DNA from: Candidatus Methylomirabilis oxygeniifera
Lineage (GTDB): Bacteria; Methylomirabilota; Methylomirabilia; Methylomirabilales; Methylomirabilaceae
Length of the DNA stretch: 32,000 nt
Assembly (NCBI GenBank): GCA_000091165.1
Contig: FP565575.1
Coordinates: forward strand, 2,700,001-2,732,000
Direction: 5' to 3'
Shown here: positions 1 through 9,887 of the stretch, piece by piece
How the letters are laid out: every line of letters begins with the position of its first letter
Position numbering within the stretch: position 1 is the first letter of the stretch
Program-made: the position numbers and the translations under genes
The notes under the pieces: model-generated
Told to the model about the DNA's origin: nothing
Seen by the model: only the letters and a program-made list of their open reading frames with translations
Database searches by the model: none

Positions 1-561
1 GAGGTAGACCATGATGGAAAAAGATCGGGCGGCGAGCTGACGGTCCTGCCTTCCGGAAAGGTGGAGGTTACGCTTCAAGACCGCGAGGCGCAAGAGTGGG
101 TCGGGGGGATCCTGAAGTCGCTCGTTAACCATCGACTGAAAACGGACACACACAAGCACGAGGAGGCGCCGATTGCCTTCGGTTCTGAGGATCGGCATCC
201 GTTGGGACGCCTGGTGAAGAAAGGCGACCGCTTCTCATCGACGTACCGCATCAAGGATCGACAGATTCTCCAGGTCAACCAGAAAACCGAAAAAGGATGG
301 TTGAGCCTGAACGTCTTAGAGTACGTCCAGACGCTTCATGGCTTCTTGCCCAGGCAGGTGGCTGTCTTTCAGTTCGACGAAAAGGGTGCGCTCGAGAAAA
401 GCACCGTCTTTACTGATGAGTATATCGAGGTAGAAAAGTTCTGGCTTCCTAAGTCCCGCGTGATCTTCGTCGCCCACGGGGCGAAGATCGAGGTCTCGAA
501 GATTTACTTCCAAAAGCACCGCCCGCTTCCGAAAGAAGCGGCTAAGGTCCCCGCTTCCTGA
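1..561 (+). CDS. Conserved hypothetical protein, 5' end outside the window; possibly DUF3386-like
   Basis: The frame is open from base 1 (EVDHDGKRSGGELTVLPSGKVEVTLQDREAQEW...) through the tracked GTG at 61 to the stop at 561. Family assignment is only by general resemblance. Confidence 0.6.
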   Translation, partial: EVDHDGKRSGGELTVLPSGKVEVTLQDREAQEWVGGILKSLVNHRLKTDTHKHEEAPIAFGSEDRHPLGRLVKKGDRFSSTYRIKDRQILQVNQKTEKGWLSLNVLEYVQTLHGFLPRQVAVFQFDEKGALEKSTVFTDEYIEVEKFWLPKSRVIFVAHGAKIEVSKIYFQKHRPLPKEAAKVPAS

Positions 562-573
562 TCCCGGGCGTCG

Positions 574-1380
574 TTAATGCCCCTTTTCAGCGACGAGCAT
601 GAGCGCCGCAAGGTTCCGGTCGTACTGACGGAATACGCGCCGCATTGCGTGTATCCGCTGGCGCGCCGCCGGATTTCGCAGAACATTCCAGGCGATTCGC
701 GCCATCCCCGCCAGCCCTTCATTCCGGATCATCTGAGACGGTTCGAGCAGGTGCATCGGAGTAGTGGCCTGCGCCTTGATCATGAACCCTTCGCCTTGCA
801 GCAGCGCCTTCCATTCCGACACGGTCATCGGACGCACCCCCACATGAATGGACTGCGAGAGTGCGCGGTTGATGGCGTCTCTGGTCGCGCTGTCGATATC
901 GTCGGGAGCTAAAGCCAGTTCATGAATGCCGCAACGGCCGCCTGACGCCAGTACACGCTTGGCCTCCTGAATAATCCTGGCCTTGTTCTCCGGTGTCTTC
1001 ATACTCAACATCGCTTCGCAGTACACCACCGTGGCGCTACTGTCCGGTAAACCTGAGTGTTCCGCCTGGCCGACAACACACCGCTGATTATCGCCTTTCA
1101 GATAGCCCTGTACTCGTTTTGCGGCGGCATCGTCAGCTTCTACCGCGGTGTAGACGGACGGGGATTTCGCCAGCACCAGTTGCGCCGTCACACCCAGCCC
1201 TGGCGCAAATTCGACCACCCTGTCCGTTGGGCCGATCGTGAGTGCGTCCAGCATCCGGCGGGTTAATTCAAGGCCGCCGGGACGCAACACCCGTTTTCCC
1301 ATCTGTGCCAGCAGCCAGTGCCCCGGCATCTTCTCAACGTGCAGTCCGTGTCCCGGCAGGATCTCCTCGTGTTCACTCAT
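574..1380 (-). CDS. SAM-dependent methyltransferase, class I
   Basis: Contains VVEFAPGLGVTAQLVL (motif I), followed by YTAVEADDAAAKRV and a VVYCEAMLSM region. Likely start is the ATG at 1380 (MSEHEE...) rather than the tracked start at 1434. Confidence 0.85.
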   Translation of the reverse strand: MSEHEEILPGHGLHVEKMPGHWLLAQMGKRVLRPGGLELTRRMLDALTIGPTDRVVEFAPGLGVTAQLVLAKSPSVYTAVEADDAAAKRVQGYLKGDNQRCVVGQAEHSGLPDSSATVVYCEAMLSMKTPENKARIIQEAKRVLASGGRCGIHELALAPDDIDSATRDAINRALSQSIHVGVRPMTVSEWKALLQGEGFMIKAQATTPMHLLEPSQMIRNEGLAGMARIAWNVLRNPAARQRIHAMRRVFRQYDRNLAALMLVAEKGH

Positions 1381-1595
1381 GAGCTTTTCCGCTTTTCCTC
1401 TCGAATGGTTAGCCAGCAACCAGGAGTCACACACCCACAGTGGCTCATCGATGATCGGTTGCCTGGTTCATCTTTGTGAACAAGTCACAACTACTATTGT
1501 AGATCGTAGTCTCATAGTAGGGCAATCATATGCAAAGCGCAAGATACCTGGGAAGCGGTTGCGGCGTACGTACTCTGAGATCGCGCGGGGACCGC

Positions 1596-2504
1596 TCAAC
1601 TCGTGAACTGAAGCCGCGACAGGAGGGCATAGAGGGCAAAGTTGTAAGGCGCGTGAAGACCGTATTCGGCTGCTTTTTTTATGATAACGCCATTCAAGGC
1701 GTCATGCTCCAACGGTTTCCCCGCCTCATGGTCCTGACGCATTGATGTCTTCACGCCGTAGTGCCGGGAGAACTTGACGTTTCGTTCCCACACCTCTTCA
1801 CAAGCAAGGCTGACCCCTGACGCGTTCGCCACAGCGACAACCTCCGCCGTCACCAGCTTCGCCAGCTCAAGGGTGTGGGGATTCTCGAGAATGACCTTGA
1901 CGGGACCGCCGACCAGTGTATTGATCGCGTTAAAAGGGGCGTTCCAGGCGAGCTTCGTCCAGAGGACCGCCTGTATATTGGACGATATTTCAGCCGGAAG
2001 GCTGTAACGGTCGAAGAAGGCTTTAAGCCTGACAACCCGCTCGCTGATGCCGCCGTCGAACTCTCCGAATACGATCTTCCCGCTCTCCTGGTGAAGGACC
2101 ACCCCAGGCTCCGGCGCGCTCGCCCCGATGTAGGCCACCCCCGCCAAGACCTTCTCCTGTCCGATGAGAGACGCGATCTTTTCCTCATTGTCGATCCCAT
2201 TCTGAAGCGACAGAACGAGGGTGTCCTGCCCGACCATTGGGAGCGCCTGGCGAATAGCCGACTCGGTGTCGTACGATTTCACGCAGAAGAGAACTAAGTT
2301 GACGAGGCCAACTTCTGCAGGATCATCGGTAGCGTTGACCTGGACGGAGAAGTCCCCCTTCCAACTCTTGACCGTGAGGCCCTTCGCTCTGAGCGCCTCC
2401 AGGCGCTGCCCGCGGGCGATGAATGTGACATCGGCGCCGCCCTTGGCCAGCAGACCGCCGAAGTAGCCCCCCACCGCTCCCACCCCCACCATCGCTACCT
2501 TCAT
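1596..2504 (-). CDS. panE: 2-dehydropantoate 2-reductase (ketopantoate reductase)
   Basis: N-terminal MKVAMVGVGAVGGYFGGLLAKGGADVTFIARG Rossmann motif, FCVKSYDTESA and KLAWNAPFNAINTL. Start placed at 2504. Confidence 0.88.
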   Translation of the reverse strand: MKVAMVGVGAVGGYFGGLLAKGGADVTFIARGQRLEALRAKGLTVKSWKGDFSVQVNATDDPAEVGLVNLVLFCVKSYDTESAIRQALPMVGQDTLVLSLQNGIDNEEKIASLIGQEKVLAGVAYIGASAPEPGVVLHQESGKIVFGEFDGGISERVVRLKAFFDRYSLPAEISSNIQAVLWTKLAWNAPFNAINTLVGGPVKVILENPHTLELAKLVTAEVVAVANASGVSLACEEVWERNVKFSRHYGVKTSMRQDHEAGKPLEHDALNGVIIKKAAEYGLHAPYNFALYALLSRLQFTS

Positions 2505-2553
2505 GGTTTTACCTCTGGCCAGCGGGGCACTTGTGTGCATCCAAGATACACAA

Positions 2554-2844
2554 TTAAATGCGCCCCACCCAGTAGCGGGGCTCGCGATGCAGGTGTGCCA
2601 CGGCGACTACGACGATCGTTTCCCGATCAACACCGTAGATCAGCCCGTACGGAAAGCGGGCCAACAGGCAGCGATGCACCCCCGGCTCGATCTCAGGGCA
2701 CGACATCGGGAAAGTTACGGCCCGCCGAACTACCCGGTCCAATTCATCAAGAAACTCCTGCCCCAACCCTGTTGTCTGCTCGTTGTACCAGGCAACCGCG
2801 TCGTCGAGTTCCTGCTGGGCTAAGGTAAGAAAACGTACCTTCAC
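2554..2844 (-). CDS. ParE/RelE-family toxin
   Basis: 96 aa; ELDDAVAWYNEQTTGLGQEFLDELDRVV...CLLARFPYGLIYGVDRETIVVVAVAHLHREPRYW is typical of the ParE/RelE superfamily. Start overlaps the upstream antitoxin stop by 4 bp (ATGA). Confidence 0.9.
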   Translation of the reverse strand: MKVRFLTLAQQELDDAVAWYNEQTTGLGQEFLDELDRVVRRAVTFPMSCPEIEPGVHRCLLARFPYGLIYGVDRETIVVVAVAHLHREPRYWVGRI

Positions 2845-3062
2845 GAGCGGCGATGCTTGGCCATGACGGTCTCATAGGATACCGTCGCGGCCCGTCCGGC
2901 CTTGTAAGCCGCCCAGCGCTTGCGCGCTTCATCCGCCCACACCCGGTCAATCTGCGGGTCCGGTTTGTCCAAGTCTGCCAGGATGGCATCCACCAGCCGC
3001 AATTTCTCTACGTCAGGCAGACCATGAATCTCCGCCGCGAGCTTGTCCACTGTCTTGGCCAT
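2841..3062 (-). CDS. Addiction-module antitoxin component (TIGR02574-like)
   Basis: 73 aa; LPDVEKLRLVDAILADLDKP...VWADEARKRWAAYKAGRAATVSYETVMAKHRR; translationally coupled to the downstream ParE toxin. Confidence 0.85.
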   Translation of the reverse strand: MAKTVDKLAAEIHGLPDVEKLRLVDAILADLDKPDPQIDRVWADEARKRWAAYKAGRAATVSYETVMAKHRRS

Positions 3063-3257
3063 GTCAGTCTCTCCGTTCGCATTCAGTCACAAACCGTCTT
3101 TCTCGCACCACCAGTACGACCATTCTACCCCAAACTACGCCTCTCCCCAAATCTCCCGCAGTTTCGACTGACTCTTCTTCTCCATCCCCACAATCAGTTC
3201 CCGATTTGCCTCCACCAAGGCCCGCTCTATGCGGTCGGTTCCAGTGTTGGCTAACCC

Positions 3258-3410
3258 TCAATTCTTCGCGCCAAGAAAATAGTGTCTGTCCCTATTTCTC
3301 CACTCAAGTGCCAGGAGATGGGGCGGCCGGTCTGTTTCGTCCCGCGTGACAGGGACCAGCTTGGCCACCGGCTTCCCCCTGTCAGTCACGATGACCTCCT
3401 CTATAAGGTG
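3258..3410 (-). pseudogene. 5'-truncated Phd/YefM-type antitoxin fragment
   Basis: My own reverse-strand translation between in-frame stops gives HLIEEVIVTDRGKPVAKLVPVTRDETDRPPHLLALEWRNRDRHYFLGAKN*. EEVIVTDRGKPVAKLVPV is the Phd/YefM hallmark, but the N-terminal half is absent (in-frame TGA at 3411-3413). Confidence 0.7.
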
Positions 3411-3473
3411 TCAAATTACCTCATCTCGCCGTCTTGACCGCCGGCCCCTTCAACTCGGCAAAGAGTCGGCACT

Positions 3474-4832
3474 TCACAGGGGGATGTTGTAGCGCTTGAT
3501 TTTGCTGTTGAGGGTTTTCAGGTCTATGCCGAGAAGTCTGGCTGCCTGCATCTTTTTGCCGCCCGTATGATCGAGAACCCGGATGAGGTGCAGCCGCTCC
3601 ATCTCGACCAGCGAGACGGGGCCACCCGTAGAGCCGCTCGGAAACCGGATGTTGGGCGGCAGATCCTCCAGGCCGATGACGTCGCCGGAGGAGAGGATCT
3701 GAAGGCGCTCGATCGTATTCGCAAGCTCTCGCACATTGCCAGGCCACGGGTGGTCCGCCAGTGATTGTATCGCCTCCAGGGAGATGGTCTTGGCCGTGTG
3801 ACCGGTTACTTGGAATTGCGTCAAGAAATGCTCAATGAGGAGCGGGATGTCCTCCTTCCGCTCGCGTAAGGACGGCAGCGTCAAGCTGACGACGTTCAGT
3901 CGATAATAGAGGTCGTCGCGGAATCGGCCCGTCCGCACCTCTTGGGCCAGGTCTTTATTGGTCGCGGCGATGATGCGCACATCCACCCGGTGCACGCGGG
4001 TGCCGCCAACCCGTCGCAACTCCTTGGTATCGAGCACTTGAAGGAGCTTGGCCTGCATAGCCTGGCTCATCTCCCCCACCTCATCCAGCAGCAGGGTCCC
4101 ACCCCCCGCTACCTCAAAGAGACCCATCTTGACACTGGTCGCGCCGGTGAACGCCCCCTTCTCATGCCCGAACAGCTCGCTCTCCAGCAGCGGATCCTGA
4201 AAGCCGCTGCAATTGATGATCAGAAACGGTCCGCCGGCTCGAGGGCTCGCCATATGAATCGCCTTGGCCGCCACACTCTTGCCGGTCCCGCTCTCTCCCT
4301 GGATCAGGACGCTTGCCTCGCTTGGCGCAATCCGCCGTACGGTGGCCAACACGGAGGCCATGGCGGGACTGTGACCGACCATGATCGGTGCAGGCTCGCG
4401 TTGGGCGACCATGCGGCGTAGGGCCGTATTCTCCGTGCGCAGGCGCTTCCGCTCTGCGGCGCGCCGCAGCACCTCCTCTAATTCAACGAGCTTGAACGGT
4501 TTAGTCAGATAGTCGTAAGCGCCCAGCTTCATCGCCTGGATGGCGCTATCCACATCGGGGTGGCCGGTCAGGATGACCACCTCCGCCGAGGTGCCGGAAT
4601 CGCGAATCCGGCGGAGCGCCTCCATCCCCCCGATTCCAGGCATTTTGAGGTCGAGGAGGATAACGTCGAACTCCCGCGTTCGCAACTGCTCCAGCGCCTC
4701 TTCGCCGCTTCCGGCGCAGGTGACCATATAACCCGCGCGTGGCAGCTCATTTTCCATAAGCAGTCGGATGGGTCGCTCGTCATCGACCACAAGCGCGCGG
4801 GTCGCATCGCTTCGTTCAGCCGCGTGAACCAT
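3474..4832 (-). CDS. Sigma-54-dependent response regulator (NtrC/AtoC family)
   Basis: REC domain ([15 protein letters not shown]...[14 protein letters not shown]), AAA+ ([24 protein letters not shown]), C-terminal Fis-type HTH ([19 protein letters not shown]). Start at 4832 has a GGAGGG-type SD. Confidence 0.95.
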   Translation of the reverse strand: MVHAAERSDATRALVVDDERPIRLLMENELPRAGYMVTCAGSGEEALEQLRTREFDVILLDLKMPGIGGMEALRRIRDSGTSAEVVILTGHPDVDSAIQAMKLGAYDYLTKPFKLVELEEVLRRAAERKRLRTENTALRRMVAQREPAPIMVGHSPAMASVLATVRRIAPSEASVLIQGESGTGKSVAAKAIHMASPRAGGPFLIINCSGFQDPLLESELFGHEKGAFTGATSVKMGLFEVAGGGTLLLDEVGEMSQAMQAKLLQVLDTKELRRVGGTRVHRVDVRIIAATNKDLAQEVRTGRFRDDLYYRLNVVSLTLPSLRERKEDIPLLIEHFLTQFQVTGHTAKTISLEAIQSLADHPWPGNVRELANTIERLQILSSGDVIGLEDLPPNIRFPSGSTGGPVSLVEMERLHLIRVLDHTGGKKMQAARLLGIDLKTLNSKIKRYNIPL

Positions 4833-6162
4833 CTTTACCCTCCGTCCCCTGGAGATCGGGCCGCTTTCCATCTATCTCGCTGCGGTCGGCCAGCGGCAGA
4901 CTGACGATGACCGTCGTGCCCTTTCCAATCCCTCTGCTTCGCACCTCGATGCTGCCTTTATGTTGCTCGACAATGCTCTGACTAATCGCGAGGCCAAGGC
5001 CTGTCCCCTTGCCCACCTCCTTGGTAGTAAAGAACGGATCAAAGACCCTCGAAAGGTTGTCCGGCGAGATCCCGCTGCCCGTGTCGGACACGAACACATC
5101 GAGCCATCTTTGTTCACCCGCCGGATCGACGGCCTCTTGACGGTGATAGGCGTTGATGCGAATCTCCCCGCCGCTCTCGATGGCATCGAGCGCATTTGTC
5201 AGAAGGTTCAGAAAGACCTGCTGAAGCATCTGGGCATCAGCCTGAACCACACTCCTGTCCGGGAATGGAGCAACGACAATCCGCTGATTTTCGAGGCTGG
5301 CCTGCCGCTCCACAAACGAGACCGCGTGTAACGCCACATCATACAGATCCACCAAACTGAAGGTCGGCTCGCGTTGGCGCGCGAAATCGAGCAGACGACG
5401 GACAATAGTTGCTGCACGAGCCACTTCATCTTGGATCATCGTGACATATTGTCTCCACTCTGCGAGGGCGGCAAGGTCACCGATCTCCGCTGTCTCGATA
5501 CGCCGCTGAAGGGCCTCGGCGAAACCGGCTACGGAGGAGAGGGGGTTGTTCAGTTCATGGGCCAAGCCGGCGGCCAATCGACCAAGCGAGGCGAGCTTCT
5601 CCTGTCGGACCAGCAACTGCTGCGATTGTTTCAACTCGTCATACGAGCGCCGCAGTTCCTCATACAGGCTGGCGTTCTCGAGGGCAATGGCGGCCTGAGT
5701 GGCCAACGTGATGGCCAGGGTCTCATCCTCTTCACTGAACTCGGCGGCGCCCTGCTTCTCCGTCACGTAGAGGTTGCCACGGACCTTCCCTTTTGATACG
5801 ACGGGTACGCCCAGGAAGGAGTGCATCACAGGATGATGAGAAGGGAACCCGTGCGCGCGCGGGTCTGTCATCAGGTTCTTCAGGCGGAGGGGCTTTCCCT
5901 CGCGCACCAGCACACCGAGAATCCCCTTTCCGACCGGCGGCGGGCCGATAGCCTGTCTGGCAGTCTCGTCAATGCCCGCCGTGATGAACCGGCTGAGGCC
6001 GCCCTTGCCATCCAGGACGCCAAGAGCGGCATATTTGGCGCTCATCAACTTACAGGCCATGTTGACGATACGCTGCAAGACCTCTTCAAGAGAGAGCTTC
6101 GCGGTGAGGATCATGCCTGCCTTCACAAGCATCCGAAGCTGGCTCATCTCTCTCCTGTCCAT
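4816..6162 (-). CDS. GAF-domain sensor histidine kinase (NtrB-like)
   Basis: GAF domain; HisKA ([21 protein letters not shown]), HATPase ([48 protein letters not shown]). The ATG at 6162 has a strong SD (GGGAGGAAGAGG), better than the tracked start at 6282. Confidence 0.93.
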   Translation of the reverse strand: MDRREMSQLRMLVKAGMILTAKLSLEEVLQRIVNMACKLMSAKYAALGVLDGKGGLSRFITAGIDETARQAIGPPPVGKGILGVLVREGKPLRLKNLMTDPRAHGFPSHHPVMHSFLGVPVVSKGKVRGNLYVTEKQGAAEFSEEDETLAITLATQAAIALENASLYEELRRSYDELKQSQQLLVRQEKLASLGRLAAGLAHELNNPLSSVAGFAEALQRRIETAEIGDLAALAEWRQYVTMIQDEVARAATIVRRLLDFARQREPTFSLVDLYDVALHAVSFVERQASLENQRIVVAPFPDRSVVQADAQMLQQVFLNLLTNALDAIESGGEIRINAYHRQEAVDPAGEQRWLDVFVSDTGSGISPDNLSRVFDPFFTTKEVGKGTGLGLAISQSIVEQHKGSIEVRSRGIGKGTTVIVSLPLADRSEIDGKRPDLQGTEGKDGSRG

Positions 6163-6253
6163 CCTCTTCCTCCCCTCGTAAAAGTCGGCGTTGACAGCAG
6201 CCTGCAGCGCCTCTATCCTCTCCTCGGCAGGCTCAATCGTTGCGGGAGGAGAC

Positions 6254-6835
6254 ATGAAACTCATCGAACAAGTCATCAGCACGCAGGTCGTCTACGCTGG
6301 GGCGTATCTTTCAACCGAGCAACAGACGGTCATCCTGCCGAATGGCCGACAGGCGGTCCGCGACATCGTTCGTCCTCCGGACGCCGTTGCGATTGTGCCG
6401 ATCGACGACGATGGTCGAATCTACCTGGTTCGGCAGTATCGACCGGCCATCCGGCGAGCCATCTACGAGATTCCGGCCGGCATCATCGATCCAGGCGAAC
6501 GCCCGACTGCCACGGCTCGCCGGGAGTGCGAAGAAGAGATTGGACTTCGCCCGCGCCGGCTGCTCACGTTGTGTACCTTCTATTCCGCGGTCGGCTTCTC
6601 CACCGGGTCTATCCGGCTTTTTCTGGCTCAAGGACTCATCGCCGGCCGGGACCGTCGCCACGACGCCACCGAGTTCCTGCAGGTCCATGCGGTTCCGTTC
6701 GAACAGGCCTACCAGTGGGTCTTATCACACAAGATCGTGGACGCCAAGAGCATCGTTGGTATTCTCTGGGCCAGGCAACGGCTTGATCTCCCACCGCTCC
6801 GCGATCGGCGACAGCCGACTCGACGGCAGTCTTAG
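6254..6835 (+). CDS. NUDIX hydrolase (ADP-ribose pyrophosphatase-like)
   Basis: Nudix box region GIIDPGERPTATARRECEEEIG. Start taken as MKLIEQV at 6254. Confidence 0.9.
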   Translation: MKLIEQVISTQVVYAGAYLSTEQQTVILPNGRQAVRDIVRPPDAVAIVPIDDDGRIYLVRQYRPAIRRAIYEIPAGIIDPGERPTATARRECEEEIGLRPRRLLTLCTFYSAVGFSTGSIRLFLAQGLIAGRDRRHDATEFLQVHAVPFEQAYQWVLSHKIVDAKSIVGILWARQRLDLPPLRDRRQPTRRQS

Positions 6836-6859
6836 CAACACCCAACAGTGTACTGTTCG

Positions 6860-7762
6860 TCACTCCCGGCCGAGGAACTCCAGGATCGCCTGGTTGGTCT
6901 CGTCGGGCGTCTCCCACATCGGCATATGACCGCTGTCTTTGATCACGACCAGTTCGGAATCCCGGATTGAGGCGTGGAGCTGCCTTCCAACCTCCACAGA
7001 AAACAGCTCATCCTGTTCGCCCCAGATGATCAGCGTCGGTTGGCGCAAGGTCTCCAGCGCTCCGGCATATCGAGCCACCTCATCAGCGTAGCGCACCGTA
7101 GAGGCGATGGCCCTGGCGGTTCCTGCAATGCGGCCGATCCGGTATTGTCGCTCCACCACCGCGTCGGTGATCAGTCGATCGTGATGCACGGCCTCCGTGA
7201 GGCCCAGTCGTACCATGCGGCGAGTCCGTAACGCAACGATCAGGTAAGTCAAGAGAGGGATATGCCGCATCGCAAGGAACCAACGCAAAGGGCGATTGTG
7301 AACCGCGGGAACCACCTGCGGGGGGATGCCGTCAATCAAGACAAGCTTGTCAACTCGCTCGGGATGGGTGAGAGCGAACGCCCAGGCGATCCCCGCACCC
7401 ATCGAGTTGCCGATCAGGCCGGCACGGCTCACGCCGAGTCGATCCATGAACTGCTTGATCATCTCGACAAAGAATGACGGCGTGTAGTCAACCTTCGGCC
7501 GATCAGAATAGCCGTACCCGAGGAGATCGGGGATGTACAGGCGATACCTCTTTGACAGCGCCGCCACCTGTTTCTCCCACATCCAGATCTCTCCTCCAAA
7601 GCCGTGAAGCAATAGAAGCGGGGGGCCCTCGCCGGTTACGACATACGCGATCGTTCCCTCATCAATCTTCGCCAGCTTCAGTTCGAGGGCGGGGTTCCAG
7701 TCAAAGACGGTCGGACGGACGAGCGGCCGAGCACCGGCCATCGCTATCGCGTTCGCACCCAC
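6860..7762 (-). CDS. Alpha/beta fold hydrolase
   Basis: LLLLHGFGG, nucleophile elbow GLIGNSMGAGIAW, Asp region PTLIIWGEQDELF, C-terminal DSGHMPMWE. Confidence 0.92.
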   Translation of the reverse strand: MGANAIAMAGARPLVRPTVFDWNPALELKLAKIDEGTIAYVVTGEGPPLLLLHGFGGEIWMWEKQVAALSKRYRLYIPDLLGYGYSDRPKVDYTPSFFVEMIKQFMDRLGVSRAGLIGNSMGAGIAWAFALTHPERVDKLVLIDGIPPQVVPAVHNRPLRWFLAMRHIPLLTYLIVALRTRRMVRLGLTEAVHHDRLITDAVVERQYRIGRIAGTARAIASTVRYADEVARYAGALETLRQPTLIIWGEQDELFSVEVGRQLHASIRDSELVVIKDSGHMPMWETPDETNQAILEFLGRE

Positions 7763-7888
7763 ACAGACACCTCATCCGAATGGGATCCCGGGACTACGTC
7801 GCTATCGGTGTGCTGCCAGGATCGTTCTGTGCCGGACCAAGATGGAAGAAAAAACCTTGTACGGTATACGGAAATCTAGTAGCATGGT

Positions 7889-9148
7889 TTGAATTGCTTG
7901 TCCACACTCTCCTGTGTGAACGTCCATCAGAGGATACCCCTGTTCTTGCGATTTATACTGCTCCGGTCGATCATCTTTGGGATTCTCATCGCATCTCAGC
8001 TCTATCTCTTCGTGAGAGGGGATCGGGCATTGCGGCTATCCCCGTGGAGTCCCAGGCGTAAGACACTGCTCCGTCTCGTCCTGAGCGGGTTTTTTGTTTC
8101 AACGCTGATTATCTATGTCGCCTTCCTCTCCCAATGGGCTCCTCTCGAGCACCCATCTCCACTGATCCTGTATACGCTGATTTATCCGACCGCCATCTGG
8201 AGTTTCGGATCGCTGTTCTCATCGCTGCTGCTGCTTCTGGCCAATCTGAGCGGCTATGGCGTCAGATGGTTCCGCTCCAGGGTTGGCTCGCAGGCTAACG
8301 CCTCCGCGCCACCACTCGATCCCTCGCGCAGGATATTTATGCAAACCTCGCTGGGTGCGCTGGCCGCGGCGCCTATCCTGATCTCGGGCTATGGAGCGTC
8401 CTACGCAAGCAGTGGAGGAGAGATTGAGGAGGTGCATCTGTCGCTCGGCTCGACCCATCCTTTTGATCGCCCGCTGAAGGTGGTTCAGATTTCCGACATC
8501 CACTCCGGCCTCTTTATGACTCCGGCCCGGATGCGTCAGTCTGTCGAGGCGATTCGGCAGCTTGAGCCTGATCTGTTTCTGATGACAGGGGATTTCATCT
8601 CCAACTCGCCGGCCGATCTCCCACCCTGCATCAAGGAACTCGCGCGGGTTAAGAGCCGGTATGGAAGTTTCGCCGTCCTTGGCAACCATGAACATTGGTA
8701 TGGAGAGATCGAACAGATAATTGCGGCGTTCGAAGGCGCGGGGATCTCGATGCTGCACAATGCCCATCGGGTCGTGGAGACCGATCGCGGCTCGATTGCC
8801 GTTGCCGGCATCGATGATCTGCGCGTCGGACGGCCTGATCTTGGCCGAGCACTGAACGGCCTGAATCCGACGCTTCCAACCCTACTGCTGTCTCATCGTC
8901 CTGAGATCTTTCCGCAGGCCGCCGCGCGTAACATTGGTCTCACCCTGTCCGGCCATTACCATGGGGGGCAGGTCAAGGTGAGTGCGCTCGGGCTGAGTGT
9001 CAGCCTTGCTCATCTGCTCAGCTCATACCCGGAGGGTCTCTACCGTCTCGGGAAGTCCCACCTGTATGTCAACCGCGGTCTTGGGACCACCGGAACCCCC
9101 GTCCGCGTCAATGCCAGTCCGGAGATTACGCTGTTCCATCTCACCTAG
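7889..9148 (+). CDS. Membrane-anchored calcineurin-like metallophosphoesterase
   Basis: N-terminal TM helices, Tat-like SRRIFMQTSLGALAA, then VVQISDIHSG, MTGDFI, GNHEHW, LLSHRPEIF, LSGHYHGGQVK metal-binding motifs. TTG start. Confidence 0.92.
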   Translation: MNCLSTLSCVNVHQRIPLFLRFILLRSIIFGILIASQLYLFVRGDRALRLSPWSPRRKTLLRLVLSGFFVSTLIIYVAFLSQWAPLEHPSPLILYTLIYPTAIWSFGSLFSSLLLLLANLSGYGVRWFRSRVGSQANASAPPLDPSRRIFMQTSLGALAAAPILISGYGASYASSGGEIEEVHLSLGSTHPFDRPLKVVQISDIHSGLFMTPARMRQSVEAIRQLEPDLFLMTGDFISNSPADLPPCIKELARVKSRYGSFAVLGNHEHWYGEIEQIIAAFEGAGISMLHNAHRVVETDRGSIAVAGIDDLRVGRPDLGRALNGLNPTLPTLLLSHRPEIFPQAAARNIGLTLSGHYHGGQVKVSALGLSVSLAHLLSSYPEGLYRLGKSHLYVNRGLGTTGTPVRVNASPEITLFHLT

Positions 9149-9265
9149 AGGTGACGAATCGACTGGGTGGGTGGATGCGTGTGGCCGGGGATCCTTCAGT
9201 TGAGGAAGAAAGGCTGCCAGGCGAGCCGAGGGGTCAGGGCTCACTTCAAAGGTGCCACTGCCTTG

Positions 9266-9625
9266 CTATCTGGCAAAGATCATTTTGAGGGAGATCAGGA
9301 ACAGCGCAATCCCGAACAGTTTCTCCAGTACCGAGCCTGATAATCCAACCGCCAGTTTGGCGCCCAGTAAACCTCCAGCGAAGAAACCGATACAGATAAG
9401 GGTGGCTATTCTCAGATCGACATACCCTTTACTGTAGTAGGTCCAGGCTGCCAACAGACCGATGGGCGGTACTAAGAGGGCCAGCGTCGTTCCCTGGGCC
9501 TGATGTTGCGACAACCCGAACACCAATACCAGCGCGGGAATAATGATAATCCCCCCGCCGATTCCGATCAATCCGCTGAAGATTCCCGCAACCACACCCA
9601 ACAGAACGTAGAGCAGTATCTCCGT
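9266..9625 (-). CDS. TauE/SafE (DUF81) family membrane protein, half-length
   Basis: MTEILLYVLLGVVAGIFSGLIGIGGGIIIIPALVLVFGLSQHQAQGTTLALLVPPIGLLAAWTYY is typical of the TauE/SafE N-terminal repeat; only about 120 aa. Confidence 0.85.
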   Translation of the reverse strand, partial: TEILLYVLLGVVAGIFSGLIGIGGGIIIIPALVLVFGLSQHQAQGTTLALLVPPIGLLAAWTYYSKGYVDLRIATLICIGFFAGGLLGAKLAVGLSGSVLEKLFGIALFLISLKMIFAR

Positions 9626-9887
9626 CATGGGTACCATCCTTGGATGACTCGACACCGGAAGCGTACGAACCACCCACCCTTATACGCGCTCACGCCACCA
9701 CTCTAACCGGGTGAAAGTTTACAGTTTCCTACCCGCAGAAGGCAAGCGCTTTCCATCCGCACGTCGTCTCCTGCGTCGAATGTGACCGGCAACGCCCAAG
9801 GATCGTAGTATAATTCAGACCGTACGGGTATGACAGACGAAGTCGTGCAGCCAGGGCGATGGATGATCCCGAAGAGGAGAAGAGATC

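Noticed and set aside
3064-3261. 65-aa minus-strand ORF upstream of the first antitoxin
   Set aside because: Gly/Arg/Glu-rich frame; a different frame of the same strand gives a more protein-like fragment, so this ORF is likely spurious.
5821-6786. 321-aa plus-strand ORF overlapping the histidine kinase and NUDIX genes
   Set aside because: Arg/His/Pro-rich antisense translation across two well-supported genes.
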